Origin: Octopus sinensis
Lineage: Eukaryota
Reading direction: 5' to 3'
NCBI RefSeq assembly: GCF_006345805.1
Contig: NC_043006.1
Coordinates: 58,466,001 to 58,530,000, forward strand
Length of the DNA: 64,000 nucleotides
Shown: one piece after another, positions 53,621 through 64,000 of the stretch
How the letters are laid out: the number at the start of each line of letters is the position of its first letter
How positions within the stretch are numbered: position 1 is the first letter of the stretch
The notes under the pieces: generated by a model
What the model was told of the DNA's origin: nothing
What the model saw: the letters and a program-made list of their open reading frames with translations, nothing else
The model's database searches: none
Made by a program: the position numbers and the translations under genes

Positions 53621-53699
53621 AAGGCGGAAGTTTACGATAACAAGAGCAAAGTAGGTTTTTAAAGCCAAAAGAGTGGAGACAGGGTTGGTAACGCAACAG

Positions 53700-55520
53700 A
53701 TGTGTGTGTATGTGTGAGTGTGTGCGTGTGCGTGTGTGTATGTGTGTGTGAGGCGAGATAAAAAAACAAAAAATATATGTATATGTTAGTGTATGCGTCA
53801 GTGTGTAGGCGTGTGAGGTAGGGCGAACAGTAGTCGGCAGCAGACAGGGTCAGTAGTAAGAAAAGAAAGGAAAGGAGGAAGGGAGGGAGGGGAAGGGGTG
53901 GGGGCGTATGTAACGTGCCAGCGTGTGTTGAGTAGTAGTGTGTGTGTGTCCAGTGTCGTGGTTGTATTAATGGCGAGTAGATTTGAAGGGTGTGTAAGAG
54001 TAATGTATATATTTAAGCAATGTGTGTGTGTGAGTGGGTGTATGTATGTGTGCGCGTGTGTGTAACAAAAAAGGGGGGGTTATAAGGAAAAAGGACTCCA
54101 GCTGAGGGGAAGATGGAAGAGTGGTCCCGTGGAGACGGGCGTGGGAGAACCCAAGGACAAGCGACGGCCCCAGGAACGAGCGGGAGGTCCAGCCGGGTCC
54201 ACGAGCGAGGTGCATGCATGCGCGTATGCGTACGTGAACCGGCGCAAGCGCGTGTGTGCGCGCCTGCGAGTGTGAGCGTAAGTATGTATGTGTGTGGATG
54301 TGTGAGTGTGTCTGTGTGTATGTCTGGGTGTCAGTGTGTCCAATGAATGTAGGTGAGTATGTGTGTATATATGTGTGTGCATAGATGTATGTCCGTGTGT
54401 GTGTGTGTGTGTAGTGTATGAGTGTGTATGTATGTACGTGTGGGTGTGTGGAAGTGTGTGTATGTGCATGTGTGTGCGCGTACATACAGGTGTGTGAGTG
54501 AGTGTGTGTGTGTGTATGTATGTGTGAGTGTGTATGTATGTGTGTGTAGGATGCATGTATGTGTATGGGTGTATGTATGTGTGTGTGTATGTATGTAAGT
54601 ATGTATGGGTGTGTCCGTGTATGTGTGTGTATGTATGTGTGTGTATGTAGGTGTGTGGGCGTGTGTGTATGCATGTGTATGTAGGTGTGTGTGTACGTGT
54701 GTAATGTATGTGTGTATGCGTGTGTGTGCGTGTGTATGCGTGCGTGTGTGTATGTAGGTGCGTATGTATGTGTGTGGGAGTGTAGGTGTGTGTGTGCGTG
54801 TGCGTGTTTATGTTGGTGTGTGCGTATGTGAGTGTGAGTGTATGGGTGTTTGTCATGCATGTGTGTGCGCGTGCAGGCGAGTGTGTGTGTAAGTATGTGT
54901 GTGTGTATGTTTGTGTGAGTGTGTATGTGTGTACGTCTGTGTGTATGTATGTGCGTATAGGAGTATGTAGGTATGTGTGTGTGTATGTGTATGGGTTGTA
55001 TGTATGTATGTGGTGGTGTGTGCATGTGTATAAGTATATGTGTGTGTGCGTATGTGGTGTATGTGTATGTGTGTGTGTTTATGTATGTGTGTATGTATGT
55101 GGTAGGCGTGTGTGTGTAGATGTATGTATGTATGGGTGTGTGTCTGTGTGTGTTTGTGTGTGTGTGTAGGTAGGTGGTGTGTCTGAGTGAGGGTATGGCT
55201 GTGTAGGTGTGTGTGTGTATGAATGTAAGTGTGTGTGTGTACAAGTGTTAATGTATGTATGTAGGTGTGTGTGTGTGTGTGTATGTGTACGTATGCGTGT
55301 GTATGTGTGTGTGTGTATGCGTGTGAGTGTGAGTGTATGGGTGTATGTCTGTGTGTGTGTATGTCTGAAGTAGGTATGTGTGTGTATGTATGTATGTGTG
55401 TGTGTGTGCGGGTATGTGTGCGTGTGTATGTGTGTGTGTGAGTAGGTGTGCGTGTATGTATGTGGGTAGGGATGCATGCGAGTGTGTGGGTATGTGTGCA
55501 TACATACGCACGCGCACACC
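53700..55520. repeat. Long degenerate (GT)/(GTAT) low-complexity tract
   Basis: Directly visible; source of the His/Thr pseudo-ORFs. Confidence 0.9.
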
Positions 55521-56199
55521 CGAAGCAAGCCCCCACACACGAAGCGCGCTCGCGCACACAACACACAAGCAATACAACGCAAGCCCATGGGGCCGACCAA
55601 GCCCCCAGCGCGCGCCGGGGCGCGCGAGCGCAAAGGCCCTCGAACGACCCGCTACGCGGGAACCGAGGATCCATCAGCCAAAACCGGAAAGCAGGAAAGA
55701 GGGGGGGCTGCCTGGATGCAAAAATGTGTATGTGTGTGTGCATTCAATATATATATATATATATATAAAACAAGAAAATTATCTAGTTAAAAAATCTCAA
55801 TAAAAGATGAAAGCAGTACTATGAAGTAGTGGTTATCGTCACTTAAATATAGTTGTTCCGTGGGAAACGACGTTACTACCATTTTAACACAGGAGAACGC
55901 CTGGTCATTCGATGCAATCTGCACCCGATACACACATAGGGGTAAATTGTCGCCATTTTATATTTTCAATTTCGCGCGTGTGCACGTTGTTTCTTTTTGA
56001 TTTTGCCGACTACACAGTATCGAAGGGGCAGTTGATCACCGTCCGTAAGAAAAACAGCACCATGAATGTAATTCACTCTGCCAGAAATTTGGAAATGATA
56101 TGCTGTCCTGCTTGGCATTCGCACCGGAAGCTCCAATACCAACATTGCAGAGTGTTTGGGTGTCAATCTGAGGACTTGCCGTGTACCTAAGACATGTAC

Positions 56200-56760
56200 C
56201 GAGAGTGATATAAATCAAACATCCAGGCAACATCATGGTGTTTTGGGGTGATCACTAGTGATTGTGACATCATGCCTCTATTCATCTTCTCACACCGCCT
56301 CAGACACAACACGGAGATCAACATCAAGTGCCTGGAGGAGGTAGTGCTGCCCTGGGTCAAGAGGGTGGTTGCTGGAGGACCTTATGTCTGGCAACAGAAC
56401 TCTGTACCATGCCACGCAAGCAGGAGAACCCAGTCATAGATGTCAAACAATTTCCGCGACCACATCACCCCTAACATATGGCCACCTAACTCCCCAGACT
56501 GCAATCCTTTTGATTATTATATGTGGGGCGCAGTTGAGCGAGAGACCAACAAAACTCCCTGTAACACCAAAGATAAACTGAAGGCAGGGATTATAGAAGC
56601 ATTCACCAACTTAAACAAGGTATCCGTCCAGAATAATTGCAGGTGATTCCGAAGTTGTCTGGAGGCCGTGGTTTTAGCCAATGGCGATTTTATTGAATAA
56701 ATTTACTCATTAGTATTTCAAGATATTTTTATGTAATTTAAGTAAATATATCTGCTAAAA
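56200..56760 (+). pseudogene. maT (DD37D) transposase 3' remnant
   Basis: IMVFWG, WQQNSVPCH...IWPPNSPDCNPFDY; 37 residues between the second (here N) and third catalytic positions. Confidence 0.85.
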
Positions 56761-57251
56761 TGAGATGTCGATGTTGTTTTCATTGTTGCTTAATTTAGAC
56801 GAGTTAACTGACTGCAAGGAAGCGGGGAGGGAGGCAAGGAGACGAGGGGGGGAGAAGCGGGGATAGGAGAGGGTAAGGAGTAAGGAGGAGAAGTGAGGAA
56901 AAAGGCTGCAGGGGGGTTGAAGCAAGGGCGGAGAATCAGGAAAAAAGAGGTCGAACAGGAAAATGAGGTGGAGGGGAGGAGGTGCGGTGAGAGGAGTAGG
57001 CATAGGAGTAAATAACAGTAACAATGGGAGGAGTTATACAGCTGAAAAATGTCAATCATTTAGTTTTATTTTAAGGTATCCATTTCATCATTTTATATAA
57101 ACACTAAGACATTTGATAAAAGTTAAAACTCAATTATGAATTTGTTTTGCAAGATTCCTGATGTGAAATCGTGTATTGATACAGATATTTCTATTCTTGA
57201 GGATTATCATATTTTTGCCAATTAAACACATGCACTTGGTCTTCACTCCAG

Positions 57252-57307
<56 letters not shown>

Positions 57308-58261
57308 TTAGTGTCTTTGTCTAAGCTCGTTCATCACACATCCTGTGGCATCATCAGTGACTCTCTATCCCACGTGTCTCCCTTTGTTCTGCTTATTCCA
57401 TCCCCATACAATATAATTATTGTATATCTAGCATAATTCTTGATGTTACCCTAAAAATATATTTACCATTTGTCTTGGGTATGACGATAAACTACATCCG
57501 ACCATGTCTACCACTGATCTCCGTCGATGGCGGTCCCGTGCCAGCCTCTCTGTATTCTAAGTTGCGCATGCGATTATTTCTACAATCAACAGTTTTTGAA
57601 GGTTTTACGTGCAACTAACTTCGACTTCGTACTAGTCTAAAAAAAAAAGTGTATTTTCCTCAAAGTTTCAGGAAGTCTTTTGAATTCTAACCCCCATTGA
57701 AACATTTAAATACGTTAACTCGTTAAGTTTGTCTCTTAATTTTCCCCGTGAAATACTATTTTATTCCTAATATTGGTTAACACGCAGTTTATAGCTTTAA
57801 AAAAAACTGAAGTAAATTGACCGGAAGTTAATACAATGATGTTCCATACTTTCATAATGAGAGTTGGTAATCCTTTAATTTTATTAACTAGGTCCCCATT
57901 CGTTATGCCGCACCCAGAGGCCTCTACTTGTATGGTGTCATCGCGAGATGGTATTATCGTTATGGTTGTCACTATTGTCAGAGTTGGTGTGTTTGTCTCA
58001 ATCACAGTGCGAGATTAAGCTGACTGCGTTATGTATTACAACACAAACTCGCGAATATTTAACGACAGATTTTAAGGGAATGCTAAACATATATACATGC
58101 ATAAATTATCAAATACACACTGGTAACAAAACTAGAAGTTAGGGATCGACTTAACTGTACTTGTTCAGTTATGTGAAAGATTGGTAACCGCCGAAACTTT
58201 TTGAAGTTATTTTCCTTGATTTTAATTGGCGAGAGCCGAGATATGACTTGTTTGAAATACC

Positions 58262-58492
58262 TATTTCTTTACTACCCACAAGGGGCCAAACACAGAGGGG
58301 ACAAACAAGGACAGACAAACGGATTAAGTCGATTATATCGACCCCAGTGCGTAACTGGTACTTAATTTATCGACCCCGAAAGGATGAAAGGCAAAGTCGA
58401 CCTCGGCGGAATTTGAACTCAGAACGTAACGGCAGACGAATTACCGCTAAGCATTACGCCCGGCGTGCTAACGTTTCTGCCAGCTCGCTGCT
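58262..58492 (-). mobile_element. SINE family A
   Basis: Near-complete copy. Confidence 0.85.
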
Positions 58493-58858
58493 TTAGGGGA
58501 GATACTATATTAAAATAGACTTCTCTCAAATAGCATGTTATAAATTGTCATATAATATTTTGAATATGGCAAGTATAATAATGTGTGTATGTCTAACACT
58601 GAATATAACTAATGGGAAATGAGAGAAAAATTTCTGAACCAGGCGGTCTAACTATATTGCCCTCTTCATTTCACGAAATTCCACGTAATATTCATCAGTA
58701 GTTTCAAGATATGTCCAAGCAGTAGAATGAAACTGGAAAACCGCCCAGATATAATTGTAAGGGTTTATAATGCTTCAAGGAGAGATACGTACCTATCAGT
58801 CTAACTTTGATGTGATTGTTCAACTAACATAATTTTTAACTGCCTTCATCTGGTCTTT

Positions 58859-59817
<959 letters not shown>

Positions 59818-60544
59818 TGTTACTATGGAAACAAGCATGAATGTGTCTGTAGCTTACGATTGGTTAAAATTATCCAAAATTTGCAAATTTTAAAAGCTAT
59901 TAACTCTTTTTTTTAATTGATTTATGGCGAAAATGAATTTCATGTCAATGATTAGCATACAAAACTACATCATTACACCTAATATGAAACCAATTAGAAC
60001 AGAAGTTGAAGAAATTGAAAAGTAGCAAAAAAAGTGTACAGTATGTAAGCATCAAGTGGAATGAGACTTTACCACACACCCCATGCAGTATTTAATTATT
60101 AAACTGCCGTTAACACGCCGTTTGAAAAGAACAGATACAAAATATGGTGTGCTGTATGTACAGTACTGAGTTAGACTTCACTATACAAGTCTGTTCATTA
60201 TAACAGCTATTAATTGAACATTTCGCACGTGTAAGCTTTATTTATTGTTAACCACTCTCGAGTTTAAAAACTCATAAACCGTCATAAACTGTCTAATTGC
60301 AGTCATCTATTCTTTTGATTAAGGTAGGTATAAAATGCTAAGCATATTTGTTAGAATTAAACTTCCATGTTCAACTAATGTACTTTCTAAACGGTCTTTT
60401 GAATAAATATACAATGGTTTTTTTTTTTCTTAACTTTCTTTTACTGTATCCGTTTTATTTATGGTGTTCGAAAGAAGGGCAGAGAAAGAAAGGGAGATTC
60501 TGTGATGGGTGCATGCACGCATGTTGTTTTGAGTGCAACAGATA

Positions 60545-60745
60545 AATAATAATAAATCTCTGAGCGAGATATAAACAGTAACTGCTCTATAACATAAGGG
60601 GGATCAGCCATCTGAATGTGGCTAGGGACAGGGCGGGGTAGTGGGGGTGTTACTGATGCATTTAGCCCCAGGCGATCATCAACGTCACCAGAAGGGCTGA
60701 CACCATCTCGGTGGCTGGCAAGGATGGCTGATCTCCCTTATGTAT
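60545..60745 (+). repeat. Copy of the x-B module of the 13.4-14.0 kb element, closed by a ~22-bp inverted repeat
   Basis: Matches 13546-13700; ACATAAGGGGGATCAGCCATC versus GATGGCTGATCTCCCTTATGT. Confidence 0.8.
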
Positions 60746-61329
60746 GAGATAAATAATGTATGATGGTAAATCTCTTGTAGTCCAAGAAAGACAGTTCTGC
60801 AATTTCTTGCTGAACGACCTGCACAAATAATTTGTTTATAGTGATGATGATGATCAAATGTGTGCGTTGTACATTAGCTCACTCCCTCTTTGAAATCGAT
60901 ATCACCTGAACAGGTGCATGGTGCTCCACACGCCAGGTGTCGAAGTAATCACAGAAAAACGTGAAGTGTTTTGCTTAAGAACTCAACGAACCACTCGGTC
61001 CAAGAATTGAAACCGCAATCTCACAATCGGGAGTGTAACACCCTAACCACCAGGCCGTGCGCCCTCACACAATAATATTGATGTAATGATAGCAGTGTCA
61101 CATTAATCATGTCATCGTAATCTCAAGTCAGAACCAGTCTATTGGGCGGTGGTTTGGAATTCACGATACAAGCAAATAGCAAGTTGGTACATATTTATTT
61201 GCAGAGGTACATTTTGATACAAATTCAACTAGGACATCACTCGTACAATATATTATTAACTTTAGAAAGACGAACGGTTAAATTGAACTTGGAGGGATTT
61301 GAACCAAGAACGGAGACCATGGACATCTC

Positions 61330-61600
61330 TGCTGCTACTGGCAATGAAAGACCTCAGAGAAGTTGTCTTTCACGAAAGTCATGTGTAGCGGCTGAGGATC
61401 GGGTGTAGGAATGGGTCAGAAGTCTTCTGGTGGTGCAGAATGTTTGAGCAGGAAGGCGGTCAAGATCTCGATAGGGTAGAGGACGGTTTCGTCAGAGGTG
61501 ACTTCTCTGACAGCAGCCGAGACATCGCCCACGATGAGTTTGGGGGTAGATAAATAAGAATTAGCATTGAGTGCTGTATAAGAAATACGCCAAAATTTTA
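61330..61600 (-). pseudogene. Possible LINE APE endonuclease remnant
   Basis: KLIVGDVSA resembles the GDFNA motif, followed by a plausible spacing to P...TF; heavily decayed. Confidence 0.35.
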
Positions 61601-61851
61601 CCAAACATGAACTGCAGTCCTTACACACACGCACGCGCACTCTCACACTTTGAAAGAGCAGCCCACCGAAATATAATCATTCGTTAGTATTTTGGAGAGA
61701 AACAGACAAGAGTGAATCTTGGAAAAAATGTTTAAATCGAGACGGTTGGAGAAAAGAAATAAAATTAAATCAAGAACAACATAATCGACCGATATACTCA
61801 ACTGTTTTTTGTAGCGGTCTTATAAGCGTTCTAATGGGGACAGTAGGTGTA

Positions 61852-63116
61852 CGAGGGGCGTTCAATAAGTAATGCCCCTGACCCACTTGCAGTTGTTTGA
61901 TCTAGCTGAAATTTTGCATGTGCACTTATTTATACCTCTATAGATTAAGTGGCGAATTACAGCTCTGATTGTGGTTTCTGATTTACAGGTGTTTGAACTG
62001 AGTCAAGTGTGAAATGGAGCCTGTTGAGTGTCGAGCAGTGATCTGGTTTTTGTATTTGAAAGGACGCACACCACGGGAGACTTTTGATGAAATGAAAGTA
62101 ACTTATGGTGATGATGCTCCATCATATGACCTTGTAAAACGCTGGCATTGTGAATTCAAACATAGTCGGAACTCTGTGGAAACAGCTCTCAGATCTGGTC
62201 GCCCCCTTCTGCCGTTGATGAGACGTCTGTCCCTCAAGTTGAGGCTGCCATTTTGGAAGGTCAACGCATAACTATTCGCCAAATAGCCCATAAGGTCAAG
62301 ATTAGTACCGGGTCTGTGGAAACTATCATTCATGACCATTTGCATATGCAAAAGGTGTCTGCCAGATGGATTTCCAGGTTGCTCACACCTTTCCAGAAGC
62401 AAGAACGCGTTGAGTGCTCGAGGATGAATTTGGAGATGTGCCAAGAAGATGAGTCAAAATTTTTCAAAAGACTGATTACACAGGATAAAACCTGGGTCCA
62501 TCACTATGATCCATAGACCAAAGCCCAGTCAATGTAGTGAAAGCACCGTGACTCACCTCCTCCAAAGAAGGCAAGGGTGCAGCCCTCCGCTGACAAGGTT
62601 ATGCTCACAGTCTTCTGGGACCAGGACGGAGTAGTGATGACAGATTTCCTGGCAAAAGGTACCACAATTACAGGAGCCTATTATGCTTCACTTTTGAGGA
62701 AATTAAGAGAAGCTATCAAAATCAAGAGGCGGGGCAAGATCAGCAAAGGCATCCTCCTCCTGCAGGACAACGCTCCGGTCCACAACTCGCGTGTCGCCAG
62801 ATCAGAAGCACAGGCGTGCAGCTATGAACTCCTCCCCTTGCACCCTCTGATTTTCACCTCTTCCCAGCCATGAAGTTGATTTTGAAAGGAAAGCGTTTCC
62901 CAGATGATGCAGCCTTGATTTCTGAAGTCACGTTGTCGTCGGAGGACCAAGCTGGGGTCTTCTACAAAAACGGTCTCCAGAGCTGTATCAAACGATGGGA
63001 GAAATGCATAACTCTGGGTAGTTCCTATGTAGGAAAAGACTAATAACTGTGCCAAGTGTCGTTGCTCTACTGCTATGGGAAGTGGGTCAGGGGCATTACT
63101 TATTGAACGCCCCTCG
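61852..63116 (+). mobile_element. Full-length mariner element with disrupted transposase (irritans-like TIR)
   Basis: Perfect 37-bp TIRs CGAGGGGCGTTCAATAAGTAATGCCCCTGACCCACTT, TA flanks; SARWISRLLT, TQDKTWVHHYDP, LLQDNAPVH; stops and frameshifts. Confidence 0.95.
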
Positions 63117-63356
63117 TATGTTTGGTACAGAGAGTGGAATCTCACAGTGAACGCGGTATATATATATGTATGCGATTTGAGAAAGCAGAAAATTTTGCAG
63201 ATGAGTTGTGCGTATTCAACGTCAATATTAGCGTTAACATGCAGTTTGGGGGTTGAAAAATCACCGGACTCTATTAACCGGAAGTGACGATAGTAACATC
63301 TTAAAATTTCACATAAACAAATCTATGTAACATAATAAATGCATAAAACGTATATA

Positions 63357-63915
63357 TTGGGTTGTCCGGAAAGTTCTTGCTGATTTTTAAAGGAAAGGAA
63401 AAGGTCAACAAATACTTGCCATTACATTTTTAATCAACCAAATATGAACCATTTTGTTGCACAATGCATCTCCATCTTTCCTTTAACTTGAAAATACCCT
63501 CTTCCCAGAATTGAGGTGGTTTCATGGCAAGAATTCATCAAGGTATCTTTTTACGTCATCCAAGGAATTGAAATTTTTACCATTAAGACTATTCTTTAGA
63601 GACCTGAATAAGTGGAAATCCGAAGGAGCAATATCTGGTGAATATGGAGGGTAGGGTAACACATCCCAGCCGAGCTGCAGCATTTTTTGTCTGGTTCCCA
63701 AAGCATCAAGTGCAGAAATTGAACTTTCTCATCTTCCATTTTAAAGGGTTACAGAATTAACACAGGTTATAGGAACCTTCTTACACGAAAAGATAGCTTA
63801 AACTGTGCTCTAAATGGAGATGTAGTCAAATCCTATTGTATGGACTCAACCATGTTCTAAAATAAGTTGAAAGGTAAGCTGCTATAAATCGGCACGAACT
63901 TTCCGGACAACCCAA
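63357..63915 (-). mobile_element. Second copy of the deleted mariner
   Basis: Reverse complement of 46305-46857 with the same deletion junction. Confidence 0.9.
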
Positions 63916-64000
63916 TATATTTCATATAACATGAAGACCGTACATGTATATATAAATAAATATATAAATAAGATGAAAACAATCATATCTATGTTGGGTA

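Noticed and set aside
53967-55743. 425-aa and 296-aa His/Thr-rich ORFs
   Set aside because: They arise from the stop-free strand of a GT/GTAT tract and have no gene structure.
57893-58018. Possible aquaporin exon 2 after TTAACTAG
   Set aside because: No frame gives an NPA(R) or TM6 motif.

Overview
AT-rich, microsatellite-dense animal genomic DNA. The repeat and SINE content resembles an octopod cephalopod (inferred, not verified). Most entries in the ORF track are translations of simple repeats. Two host genes are supportable. One is a small secreted Pro/Arg/Tyr-rich peptide gene (exon 8483-8633, candidate last exon 19433-19485). The other is the large first coding exon of an AQP1/AQP4-type aquaporin (42892-43560) whose ar/R filter positions are non-canonical; I could not find its second exon in the window. 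The rest is transposon-derived: R4/Dong and other REL-type LINE fragments, Tx1, RTE and Penelope remnants, Tc1, maT and mariner elements, non-autonomous Helitrons and three tRNA-type SINE families. There is one 100-N gap. The main hidden structure is about 20 type-I hammerhead ribozyme motifs, read by eye, in several Penelope-like LTR families. Nearly all have a self-complementary stem III (ACGT, ACATGT, ACCGGT, ACAGCTGT, ACGATCGT), as in dimer-cleaving hammerheads. Two families carry a U3-A8 compensatory core, and several motifs sit in foldback elements or in sense orientation inside host introns. Different retroelement lineages also appear to occupy different microsatellites (TAA, GATA, CATA, TA). 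All folds and alignments are manual; no catalytic activity is shown.
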